Below, in pieces: positions 49,909 to 59,179 of a stretch of 64,000 nucleotides of DNA. The translations under genes were made by a program, and so were the position numbers. The notes beneath the pieces are model-generated. The model was not told the origin of the DNA and searched no databases. It saw only the letters and a program-made list of their open reading frames with translations. Location of the stretch: contig OY760183.1 in NCBI GenBank assembly GCA_963663275.1, forward strand, positions 3,040,001 to 3,104,000, written 5' to 3'. Each line of letters starts with the position of its first letter. Position 1 is the stretch's first letter. This DNA comes from Chloroflexota bacterium. Its GTDB lineage: Bacteria; Chloroflexota; UBA11872; VXOZ01.

Positions 49909-51297
49909 ATGATACGGCTAACCGACGCGCAGATGCGCGACTTCATTCGCAACGGGTTTGTCGCGATTAAGACCGGGCTTTCCCGCGAAGAGAATCAAGA
50001 CATCTGGAACCAGACGGAGGCTCTCTTCGAAGAGGACGGCAACCCCGGCAACAACCTGATGGCCAGAATCCCCGCCATTCGGCAGGTACTCGACGATCCG
50101 AAAGTGGACGGCGCATTGTCCGGCGTGCTGGGCAACAACTACTTCATTCACCCGCACCGCCACTGCCATTACCGGCCGCCCCACAGCGAGGGTCAGCAAA
50201 TCCACCGGGACTCCTTCACCCGGCGACGCCACCGCACCCGCTGGCTGCTGGCCATGTACTACCCGCAGGATACCACCGTCGAAATGGGCCCGACCGGCGT
50301 GCTGCCGGGCACGCACTACTTCAACTGGCTGGTAGGCCCGATCGGCCTCAACATGCGCCTGGACACCACCGAGGGCGAGGTGCCGGTGGTGGTGGAAGCC
50401 GGGACCATCCTGATGGTCCACTACGACCTCTGGCACCGGGGCATGGGCAACACCACGGACAAGAAACGTTACATGATGAAGTTCATGTTCGCCCGCATGG
50501 AAGAGCCGCGGGAGCCGAGTTGGGACAGCAGCGACAGCGAGTGGATTGCCGAGGACGATAGCGGCCTGAACGGCGTGTGGAGCCATATGTGGCGCTGGTA
50601 CACCGGCGCGGCCAACAACGGCGCGTCGTCCGCCAATGGCAACGGCGCCGGCTCGATACCGGAACTGATTGCGAACCTCAAGGTTGACGACGAAGCCACC
50701 TGCCTGGCGTCCGCCTACCAGCTTGGCTCAATGGGCGAGGCCGCCGTGCCCGCGTTGATCGATACGCTCCAGCACGAAAATGAAGCCGTGCGCCGCAACG
50801 CCAGTTACGCTCTGAGCGACATCGGCGCCGCGGCCGTGCCCGCCCTGCTGGACGCCAGCCGGGACGACAACGTGGATACGCGCATCATGGCGGTAGAGAC
50901 GTTGGCCGACCTGGGCTTTCTCGGCGATGAGGTCATGCCGTATCTCCGCGTGGCGCTGGAGGATGAATCAATTGAGGTGCGCCGCCATACGGTGGACGCG
51001 CTGGGCATCTGCATGCAGCATTCCGACAACGGCGTGCCGGCCCTGGCCGAAGCCCTCGGCGATGAGGACGAATTCATGCGCCGGGGCGCGGCGCTTGCCC
51101 TCTGCCGCATCGGCGCGCAGGCGGAAGAAGCGACGCCCGCCCTCGCCCAGGCCCTCAACGATGAAAATCGCTACGTGCGCGGCAAGGCCGTCCACGCCCT
51201 GCGCCGCATCGGCACACCCGAGGCCCAGGACGCCCTGGTGCACTTCCTGCTAACCTCCCAATGGTGCTACTCCACCACCAAGGATAGCCTGTACTAG
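49909..51297 (+). CDS. PhyH-like Fe(II)/2OG dioxygenase fused to HEAT repeats
   Basis: IHRDS, MGPTGVLPGTH, LWHRG; C-terminal AVPAL..L.DE..VR repeats. Confidence 0.88.
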   Translation: MIRLTDAQMRDFIRNGFVAIKTGLSREENQDIWNQTEALFEEDGNPGNNLMARIPAIRQVLDDPKVDGALSGVLGNNYFIHPHRHCHYRPPHSEGQQIHRDSFTRRRHRTRWLLAMYYPQDTTVEMGPTGVLPGTHYFNWLVGPIGLNMRLDTTEGEVPVVVEAGTILMVHYDLWHRGMGNTTDKKRYMMKFMFARMEEPREPSWDSSDSEWIAEDDSGLNGVWSHMWRWYTGAANNGASSANGNGAGSIPELIANLKVDDEATCLASAYQLGSMGEAAVPALIDTLQHENEAVRRNASYALSDIGAAAVPALLDASRDDNVDTRIMAVETLADLGFLGDEVMPYLRVALEDESIEVRRHTVDALGICMQHSDNGVPALAEALGDEDEFMRRGAALALCRIGAQAEEATPALAQALNDENRYVRGKAVHALRRIGTPEAQDALVHFLLTSQWCYSTTKDSLY

Positions 51298-51412
51298 TAT
51301 CTAGGCACGTATCTATTTGTAGACGGGATATCCGGTAGCGCAGGTTTGTAACCTGCGCCCATGGGTGGACAACCAGTATCACACAGATGGCGGTCATTGC
51401 CGACAGGAGGGC

Positions 51413-52576
51413 ATGATGGCGCAATACCACGACGCAGAATCAGGCATCAGCTTGGACAACGAGTTCGAGTGCGCCAGTGCGCGGGCGTTCAGCAAGCTCG
51501 GCCCCGGGCATTACCAGGTCGAGTTGCTCATCGAAAACTACAGCCCGGACTACCCGGTCGTCTGGGAGTACATGTTCTGCTTCCGGGTGCGGTCGCAGTC
51601 AGACCAAGCGCAAACGGTGACGTTTCGCGTCATGCAGGGGCGCGGCGGCATCAGCTACTTGGACGGGCCGCACTTCACAAAGCGCAATGGCAAGTGGGAC
51701 CTGGTGCCCCGCTGCCAGACGGAAATGAGCAAAGACTACGTCGAAGTCACGCTCGACGTGGCAGCAGGCGACGAGTTTCTGCTCGGCAACCATCCGTTCC
51801 CTACTCCTGCAGAGGTGGAGTCCGCGATGCACGCCACCGCGGCAGCGTTGGACGACTTTTCTGTGCGCGAATACGGACGCACACCGGAGGATCGTCCGCT
51901 TCTGGCGCTGGAGAGCCAGCCCCGCGACAAGACCGTTATCGTCTTCACCACCATGCAACCGGCCGAGCCGGGCGACGTGCCTATCCTATTCCTGGCTCAT
52001 TGGCTCAGCAGCCGATCGGCAGAGGCGGAGAGACTACTGGCAGAGTACCAGTTCTGCCTCATGCCAATGACGAACCCGGATGGGGCCGTACACGGTCATT
52101 CGGTAACCAACGCCGCCGGCGAGGTGCCGCGCTGCCACTTCGAGGACGCCAAATTGGGTAAGGACGTTCCCGCCGAGGCCGCCGTCATTTGGAAATACGT
52201 GGCGGAAAAGAAACCCACCATGTTCATCGAATTTCACATTCATTACCTCGTACACGCCCCGCACAAGCTAGTTGGCGTCCACGTAAACGAGCCCTCGGAT
52301 GAACGGGGTGTCGTTGCCCTGCCTGCGGCTACGGTCCTCTGGGGCGAAATGCTCAAACTCAACAGCCACTGGCGGGCGCGTCTCATCGAGGCCGAGAGCG
52401 AGACGTTCCGCAATGCCTTGGACGGAACGCTGGCGCGGGACTTCGGCACTCTTGCTTATGTCTATCAAATCTACGCTCCCACCGTGGAGGCCGCCTGCGC
52501 TCATGCCGTGGACGTGGTGCGCGCGACGGTGAACGGAGCGCAAGCAGCCGCCGCGCTCAATCTTCGCAACGCCTGA
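51413..52576 (+). CDS. M14 zinc carboxypeptidase-like protein
   Basis: YGRTPEDRPL, PMTNPDG, FIEFHIH; first Zn motif altered to MQPAE. Confidence 0.75.
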   Translation: MMAQYHDAESGISLDNEFECASARAFSKLGPGHYQVELLIENYSPDYPVVWEYMFCFRVRSQSDQAQTVTFRVMQGRGGISYLDGPHFTKRNGKWDLVPRCQTEMSKDYVEVTLDVAAGDEFLLGNHPFPTPAEVESAMHATAAALDDFSVREYGRTPEDRPLLALESQPRDKTVIVFTTMQPAEPGDVPILFLAHWLSSRSAEAERLLAEYQFCLMPMTNPDGAVHGHSVTNAAGEVPRCHFEDAKLGKDVPAEAAVIWKYVAEKKPTMFIEFHIHYLVHAPHKLVGVHVNEPSDERGVVALPAATVLWGEMLKLNSHWRARLIEAESETFRNALDGTLARDFGTLAYVYQIYAPTVEAACAHAVDVVRATVNGAQAAAALNLRNA

Positions 52577-52833
52577 ACCCGTGTTGTGACAATTCTGGCA
52601 TTAAGGGTGAGTTTTTTGCCTTTAAGTATAGACAGGCATGTCTCCCTGATGTAGCCTACAAGCAAGCGGTGATAGGAACGGCAGAGAGCGGGGAACGCGG
52701 GGCAACACCGCATCCTGCCCTGCAAACGGAGTGTGCAGGCAAGATCCAGAAGGAGGTGCAGAAGACAACAGCATCGTTCCGTATTCCCCATTCCCGGTTA
52801 CAGCAGTGATACGACAGAGAAAGGACGAAGAGA

Positions 52834-54270
52834 ATGGTAATTCGCAATCGTCATCTCACCCGTAGGAGTGTCCTTGCCGGTCTTGCCGGGTCGCTGAGCA
52901 TCGTAGCGGCTGCCGCGTGCGCACAGGGAGTCGCGACAGAGATGCCGGCGGAAGAAGAGAAGCCTGCCGAGGAGCCCAAGCAGGCCGAAGAAGCGCCCGC
53001 GATGGAGATGGTAACGGTGCGCGCCGGTTGGATTTCCAACGATGCCGCGGTGATCGAGCCATTCTACGGCGATCTGCTCGTCGCCAGCTTCGAAGAGGCT
53101 CATCCGAACATCAAGGTGGAGTGGGAAGGCGCGCCGGCCAGAGAACACCATGCCAAACTCGCGACCCAGTTGGCGGCCAACGAAGCGCCGGACGTGTTCC
53201 ATAGCGACGGCGTCCGCTATGCGCTCTTCCGCGATTCCGGTTACATCAACGACCTCGCGCCCTTCTTGAAGCGGGACGCCGGTACGCTGCAAGGCGTAAT
53301 CGGCCCGGAATTCTTCCGCGATCCCGACGGCAGCACGTGGGGTATTTCCAGCAGCATCGGCGGCGTCGCCACGGCCTTCAACACGGCGCACTTCGATAAA
53401 TTTGGTGTCAACCGGCTGCCGGAGAACGGCATAAACTGGAATCCCACCGACGGCGGGGAGTTCCTGGAAATAGCCCAAGAACTCACCCAGCGCGGCAGCA
53501 CCGAGGCGGACCCGGTGTGGGGCTTCTTCAACAACAAGCAGATTACGGGCGACGTGCTGAGCCTGCTGGTGCAAAACGGCACGAATTTCCTCACTGACGA
53601 CTACCGCCGTTCGCGCATCCACGAGCCGGAATTCATGGAAGTGGTGGAATTTCTGCACAACCTGGAGTTCAAGTGGCAAGTATCGCCCAACCCCGACCAA
53701 GTAGCGCTGTTGCGCGAGGCCATACCTGAAGGGCAGACCTACCACGCGCCGTTTGCATTTCAGCGGACGGCGATGATGAACCTGCTCATGGGCCAGTCCG
53801 GCCGCTGGGGCGGCCCTGATCCGGAAAGCTTGCCAATTGTGGCCGTGAAGTTCCTGAACGGGCCCCAGAACGACAAGGTGCCAAGCGGGGGGCGCGTCAT
53901 GGAGCATTGGGGCAGTTCACAACAGCCCGATGAAGCCTGGGACCTCATGCGCTTCTTCCTGACCGATCACGAGGTGAATATCGCGACCTTTACTATTCTG
54001 AAGTCCGGTTTGCCGCCCAACACGAACTTCTGGGATGACGAACGCCTCTACGTGAAGGCCGGCCGCCCGCCACGCGAGATCGAGGCCTATATGGCCACGC
54101 TGCGCGAGGGCAAGGGTTACTACTGGCAGGTGAACGGCGTCTGGAGCGCCTGGATTGGGGCATACCGCTCCGGCCAGGCTGCGATATGGGCCGGCGAAGC
54201 CAAGGTAGAGGAGGCCATGCAGCAAGCCAGCAAGGAGGCCCAAGCGGCCTTAGACGAGTATTACGGGTAA
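52834..54270 (+). CDS. ABC extracellular solute-binding lipoprotein (family 1), Tat signal
   Basis: LTRRSVL twin-arginine motif, AAAC lipobox, APDVF. Confidence 0.88.
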   Translation: MVIRNRHLTRRSVLAGLAGSLSIVAAAACAQGVATEMPAEEEKPAEEPKQAEEAPAMEMVTVRAGWISNDAAVIEPFYGDLLVASFEEAHPNIKVEWEGAPAREHHAKLATQLAANEAPDVFHSDGVRYALFRDSGYINDLAPFLKRDAGTLQGVIGPEFFRDPDGSTWGISSSIGGVATAFNTAHFDKFGVNRLPENGINWNPTDGGEFLEIAQELTQRGSTEADPVWGFFNNKQITGDVLSLLVQNGTNFLTDDYRRSRIHEPEFMEVVEFLHNLEFKWQVSPNPDQVALLREAIPEGQTYHAPFAFQRTAMMNLLMGQSGRWGGPDPESLPIVAVKFLNGPQNDKVPSGGRVMEHWGSSQQPDEAWDLMRFFLTDHEVNIATFTILKSGLPPNTNFWDDERLYVKAGRPPREIEAYMATLREGKGYYWQVNGVWSAWIGAYRSGQAAIWAGEAKVEEAMQQASKEAQAALDEYYG

Positions 54271-54320
54271 GGAGAATACGGTTCCGTCGCACCCATCTAA
54301 GCATAGAGACACGCGACTCC

Positions 54321-54357
54321 ATACACGCCGCTTCTCGCTATGAGAAGCGGCGTGTAT
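54321..54357. terminator. Strong hairpin between convergent genes
   Basis: 16-bp perfect stem ATACACGCCGCTTCTC / GAGAAGCGGCGTGTAT. Confidence 0.7.
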
Positions 54358-54431
54358 CTCTCTCCGGTCTCAGGGATCCTCATTTCAATGGAACCCAAAG
54401 ATACCCTGTCTTCGCTGCGCTGCAACGCAGG

Positions 54432-55838
54432 CTACGGTACTGCCGCCTGGGCCGCGGCCCCTGCCGCCAAGCGTACGTCCGCCCGGAAGAACAGCGCACC
54501 TGCTTGCCTCTGTTGCTCAGAGAGTTGGCCGCGCGGATCGCAGACCACTACCACGCTCTCCTTGCCCTCCGGTATGCGGAAGGGAACTTCGCAATCCGAC
54601 TCTTCCCGCCCAACAACCAAAGGCACGAGCGCGTGGCCGAGTTGCACGCCGCCGCCTTCATCGAGCGGCCCATCGAAGACCATCACCGCCGCCTCGCGCG
54701 CGTCGATTACGCCTCTATTCGCCAAAGTGACTCGCACACGACCGATCTCTCGCTCTAATGCGGAAACCTCAACGGCGGCAATTTCGAGCTCGCACTCCAC
54801 GCGGTCAACCGCCACGGCGGCGCGCGCGTCGATGAGGCCGTGTCCAAGAAACGGATTCCAGCCGGAACCGGCGGGCTGGTACGCCGTGTTGCGCATCACC
54901 ATCCGCACCTCGTCCGCGGTCAGGCCCGGCTGCCGCGACCACACCAAGGCCGCAAGAGCCGACACGTGCGGAATCGCCATGCAGCCGCCGGACCACTCCA
55001 CGTAGCCGCCGTGCGCGCCGGAAATCGTGCTCAGTGTCCCGTAGGGCGCCTGCGGATGCGCGCCCAGCGCCGCCGCCATCACGCCCTCCTCCGCCAGCGG
55101 CAGGATGCGCCGCCCGGGGTCGTTTTCCAGGTCGTAGGCGCGCCAGCCGGACGGTGCCGCCACCTCGGTCAGGTCGCCGTAGTCGCTGAAGTCCGCCATG
55201 CGGCCGCTATTGTCGGCGGAGGCCACGTTCACCACGCCCGGACAAAGCGCCGGGTACTTGGCCACGTTGTGCGCCTGGTTGCCGCCGGTGGCGTTCACGA
55301 TCAGCACGTTGTGCCGCTGCGCATACAGGCACGCCTCCAGCAGATCCTCGGCGTGCGGCGGCGTCCAGGCGCTGAAGATCGTCGGCAGGCCGTGCTTGAC
55401 GGTGTACATGTAGCCCACGTCGCTCAGGTTGATCACCCGCGCGCCGTTGTCCACCGCAAACCGGATGCCCCGCGCAATCTCCGCATCATCGTACGTATTT
55501 ACCCGCACCGGCAGGATGCGGCACTCCGGCGCGACCCCGGCGATGCCGACGCCGTTATCGGCGCGCGCGGCGATGATGCCGCTGACGTGCGTGCCGTGGT
55601 CGGTAGAATCCTTGTGCTTGCGGGGCCGCGAGGTGTCGTCCAGGCTGTCGTCATCGTCCCACAGGTCCCAACCCGGCAGGAACTGTCCCGCCAGGTCCGG
55701 ATGCCCCACGTCTATGCCCTTCTCGATGACCGCCACCACCACGTCCGGGCTGCCGCGCGTCACCTCCCACGCCGAAGGTGCATTGATGAGTTGCAGCCCC
55801 CACTGGTGGCGAAAGAGCGGATCGTTCAGAGGTACCAT
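54432..55838 (-). CDS. S8 subtilase homolog with a non-canonical triad and a C-terminal Ig/CARDB-like domain
   Basis: NDPLFRHQWGL, VAVIEKGID, HGTHVSGII, GARVINLS, SGGCMAIPHVSALAAL, GHGLIDA. Confidence 0.88.
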   Translation of the reverse strand: MVPLNDPLFRHQWGLQLINAPSAWEVTRGSPDVVVAVIEKGIDVGHPDLAGQFLPGWDLWDDDDSLDDTSRPRKHKDSTDHGTHVSGIIAARADNGVGIAGVAPECRILPVRVNTYDDAEIARGIRFAVDNGARVINLSDVGYMYTVKHGLPTIFSAWTPPHAEDLLEACLYAQRHNVLIVNATGGNQAHNVAKYPALCPGVVNVASADNSGRMADFSDYGDLTEVAAPSGWRAYDLENDPGRRILPLAEEGVMAAALGAHPQAPYGTLSTISGAHGGYVEWSGGCMAIPHVSALAALVWSRQPGLTADEVRMVMRNTAYQPAGSGWNPFLGHGLIDARAAVAVDRVECELEIAAVEVSALEREIGRVRVTLANRGVIDAREAAVMVFDGPLDEGGGVQLGHALVPLVVGREESDCEVPFRIPEGKESVVVVCDPRGQLSEQQRQAGALFFRADVRLAAGAAAQAAVP

Positions 55839-56164
55839 CGTCTCGTTCCTCCCGGCTCCAGGCTCCGCCCGCTTTGCGGGGCGTGCCTCTCCGCCTGTGC
55901 GATACGTATTGCATTCACTATGTAACGCCAACGGCACGATGTCAATTGATGCAAAGGGCCGCTCACTCGGTTGACTTGACTACTAAGCCTCGCATAGTAC
56001 ACTATCAGCAGAGAGGATTGCAGTATTGCAGAATGCCTCGGATTCTCGTATGAAAGGAGGTTGAGGCGCATACAACGGCAATTCTGCGTTAGTGTGGCTG
56101 GCGTACGTCTCTCACTGTACGCTTGGCCGCAAAACCAGACACATTCATCCAGTAGGGGGAAGAG

Positions 56165-57592
56165 ATGACGATTACTCGACGACGCATGTTGGCTGGTACC
56201 GGCGGGGTGCTGGGCGCAATCGCGCTGGCGGCCTGCGGCACAGCCATGCCGGCGGGCGACGGTGACGCGCCGGAGAAGATGGAAGAAGCGCCCAAGGCCG
56301 AAGAACAGAAGCCAATGGAGAAGGTCACCGTATCGGTACGGTGGATTTCCAACGACCTCACCCTGGTCGAGCCGTTCTACGAGAATCTCGTTGTGGCGCG
56401 ATTCTACGAGAACTACGACAACATCGAGCTTGATTGGGTGGGCGACACGTACCGCGACACCATGAGCCAGCTCAATACGCAGTTGGCCGCCGGTGACGCG
56501 CCGGACGTATTCCACAACGACGGCGTGTTCTTTGCACGCAACCGCGATGTTGGCTACATTCGCTCGCTGACCGAGTACACCAAGCGCGATGGCGCACAAC
56601 TCGAGGGCATTCGCGGTCCGGAGTTCTTCAGTGATGAGAAGCAGGACGTGTATGGCGTCTCCATGGGTGTTGGTTGCGCGGCCTTAGCCTACAACACCGA
56701 CATCTTCGACCGCTACGGCATCAACCGCTTGCCGCCTGAAGGCATTGATTGGAATCCGGGCGACGGCGGCACGTTGCTGGAAATTGCCTCCGACATAACT
56801 GCCAAGGGTCAGAACGAAGATCCCAGGATCTGGGGATGGTTCAATAACAAGCAGGCCACTTTCGACATTCTTGGCATGCTGCTTCAAAACGGCACAAACT
56901 TCCTTTCCGATGACTATCGCCGTTCGAGAGCGCACGAGGCAGAGTTCATTGACGTTATCCAGTTCCTGTGGGACTTGGAGTTCAAACATCGGGTCGCGCC
57001 AGATCCCGATGAACGCGCTGAGTTCAACGCTTCGATTCCTGAGGGCACGACGTATCATGGCCCGTTCGCCTGGCAGCGGTCAGCCATGATGAACCTCGGC
57101 CTTGGCCAGTCCGGTTCCTGGGGTTCGCCTGAACCGGAAAAACTGCCGATCGAAGCGGTACAGTACATCCAGGGCCCGGCAAATAACAAGGTGCCCGGTG
57201 GCGGACGCGTAGTCGAGATGTGGGGCAGCACCGAGGTGCCCGACGAGGCCTGGGAAGTGATGAAGTTCCCCTTGGTCGACCATGAGATTCAGGTGGGGGT
57301 CTTCTCGATCCTGCGCGACGGCTTGCCGGCCAACACCAACACGTGGGACGATCCGCGACTGCTTGAGAAGAGTGGTCGACCGCCGCGTGAGGTGGAAGCG
57401 TACATGGCCCCGCTTAGGGAAGGTCGTGGCCAGTATTGGCAAGTTAATGGCGTGTGGCTGGAATGGTGGCGCGCATTCCGTGGCAACATGAACCGCGCTT
57501 GGGCACTAGAGGTCACCGTCGAGGAAGCCATGCAGCAAGCAAGCAAAGAGTCGCAGGCTGTCCTGGACGAGTACTACGCCAGCCAGGACTAG
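56165..57592 (+). CDS. ABC extracellular solute-binding lipoprotein (family 1), Tat signal; paralog of 52834-54270
   Basis: ITRRRML, LAAC; long shared blocks WISND, LQNGTNFL.DDYRRSR and WQVNGVW. Confidence 0.88.
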   Translation: MTITRRRMLAGTGGVLGAIALAACGTAMPAGDGDAPEKMEEAPKAEEQKPMEKVTVSVRWISNDLTLVEPFYENLVVARFYENYDNIELDWVGDTYRDTMSQLNTQLAAGDAPDVFHNDGVFFARNRDVGYIRSLTEYTKRDGAQLEGIRGPEFFSDEKQDVYGVSMGVGCAALAYNTDIFDRYGINRLPPEGIDWNPGDGGTLLEIASDITAKGQNEDPRIWGWFNNKQATFDILGMLLQNGTNFLSDDYRRSRAHEAEFIDVIQFLWDLEFKHRVAPDPDERAEFNASIPEGTTYHGPFAWQRSAMMNLGLGQSGSWGSPEPEKLPIEAVQYIQGPANNKVPGGGRVVEMWGSTEVPDEAWEVMKFPLVDHEIQVGVFSILRDGLPANTNTWDDPRLLEKSGRPPREVEAYMAPLREGRGQYWQVNGVWLEWWRAFRGNMNRAWALEVTVEEAMQQASKESQAVLDEYYASQD

Positions 57593-57613
57593 GCTTCTGT
57601 CACTTTGGCGTCA

Positions 57614-57645
57614 AAACGAGGAGGGTCTGCCGGCCCTCCTCGTTT
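57614..57645 (+). terminator. Intrinsic terminator-like hairpin
   Basis: AAACGAGGAGGG / CCCTCCTCGTTT. Confidence 0.65.
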
Positions 57646-57866
57646 CCCGTTGTACTCCTGCCAGGCTTTCATCCACACGTCATTCCGAGCGCAGGGAGGA
57701 ATCCAGGGCGATGGAGCAAGACTCCCTTGCGCATCGCTCCACAGCTTGGCGGCTTGTGCAACGCCGCCTGCGCGCAACATGCCGCAGACGAGCGGCCGCT
57801 GCCGGTGTACACTTAAGCAATGACCGGTCGGAAGTGTCCGCGCTGCGTTAGGAGGTTAGCAGCACC

Positions 57867-58580
57867 GTGACGCCTCTCCTTACCGCACTCATCGCGTTCG
57901 GTGCCGGCATCGCCTCGTTTCTCTCGCCGTGCGTGTTGCCGCTGGTGCCGGCCTACATCGGCCACCTGGCCGGCACGAGTGTGTCGGAAGAGCAAGACGC
58001 CCAGGCAACCATGCGTACGGTCGCCCACGCCGCGTTCTTCGTGCTGGGCTTCTCGGCCGTCTTTGTGCTGCTATGGGCGTCAATCGGCCTTTTGGGCTAT
58101 GCCATTCAGGGATATACCTACTACCTGCGCTACGCCGGCGGGGCGATTCTCGTCGTCTTGGGTCTGCACGTTGCCGGAATATTTCGCCTGCGTTGGCTCA
58201 ATCAGGAGCGGCGCGTCTACGTTGACCGCGGCCGCCCCCGGAACTTTCTCACCTCATGGCTCGTGGGCATAACTTTCGCCGCCGGGTGGACGCCCTGTGT
58301 CGGCCCGATTCTCGCCGGCATCATCGCCCTTGCCTCAACGCGCGACACGGTCGGCCAGGGCTCGCTGCTCCTGGCCCTCTACTCCGCCGGTCTCGGCATC
58401 CCGTTCCTGCTGACGGCCATCGGCCTCTCGCGCGCCGTCCCCATTCTGCGCTGGATGAACCGCCACGCCCACACGGTCGAGGTGGCCAGCGGCGGCCTGC
58501 TCATCGTCATCGGCGTCATGATGTTCATGAACACCTTCGCCCAACTCGCCCGCTACTTCACCTGGATACCGGTGTTCTAG
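57867..58580 (+). CDS. ccdA: Cytochrome c biogenesis protein CcdA
   Basis: SFLSPCVLPLVPAY and GWTPCVGPIL. Confidence 0.93.
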   Translation: MTPLLTALIAFGAGIASFLSPCVLPLVPAYIGHLAGTSVSEEQDAQATMRTVAHAAFFVLGFSAVFVLLWASIGLLGYAIQGYTYYLRYAGGAILVVLGLHVAGIFRLRWLNQERRVYVDRGRPRNFLTSWLVGITFAAGWTPCVGPILAGIIALASTRDTVGQGSLLLALYSAGLGIPFLLTAIGLSRAVPILRWMNRHAHTVEVASGGLLIVIGVMMFMNTFAQLARYFTWIPVF

Positions 58581-58657
58581 TAATCGACCATTGAGTTTGT
58601 TTTCCAGAAGGTGGTACAGGTCTTTACCAGCAATCAAGAAGTCAACAGGAGCAATGC

Positions 58658-58948
58658 ATGAGCACACGTCCAGTCTTTCACCTAAGACTTGAGAAGACTT
58701 ACTACAATCGAGGATTCTTCAACATAAAGCGCAAGTTCGATCACTACGCAGGAGACGAGGGTCCCGTGACTTTGATACTCCGTGGGGGATGCACGATTGA
58801 GGCACGAGTGAACCGGAGTGCTCAAGGGAATGAAACTGCGCGAATCATGGGCGGACGAAAACTCCGTGACTGGTTTCAGAAGATGTACTCGGAGGGCGAT
58901 ACTGTCCCAGTGCGTTTCGACACGCCACGCCGGTTCTACCTGGGATAA
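58658..58948 (+). CDS. Hypothetical protein
   Basis: 96-aa ORF with AGGAG RBS, lower GC. Confidence 0.6.
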   Translation: MSTRPVFHLRLEKTYYNRGFFNIKRKFDHYAGDEGPVTLILRGGCTIEARVNRSAQGNETARIMGGRKLRDWFQKMYSEGDTVPVRFDTPRRFYLG

Positions 58949-58987
58949 CCAAACGCCACAGATGCTGCGCTGTGTGGACAAGAGCAT

Positions 58988-59061
58988 GTCATTCCGAGCG
59001 CAGCGAGGAATCTAGAATGCACGCATACTAGATTCTTCGTCGCTGCGCTCCTCAGAATGAC
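58988..59061. repeat. REP family B doublet (GTCATTCCGAGCG..GAGGAATCT)
   Basis: Inverted pair; relatives at about 3275-3360, 30574-30599, 40045-40071, 42074-42177 and 57680. Confidence 0.8.
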
Positions 59062-59179
59062 AGTTGTGATACCGTCAATTGACTGCCAGAGTGTCTCGCG
59101 GCGCACATTAAAAGGGACAACGCGGGGCATGAAACCCCGCGCTCTTTAACCTTCGCCTTCTTCTCCCGCGCCCATCAGG

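Noticed and set aside
52745-52758. TCCAGAAGGAGGTG shared with 5423-5436, and a similar AAGGAGGT at about 56053
   Set aside because: Match is short, dominated by the SD consensus and not followed by a start codon; no wider homology
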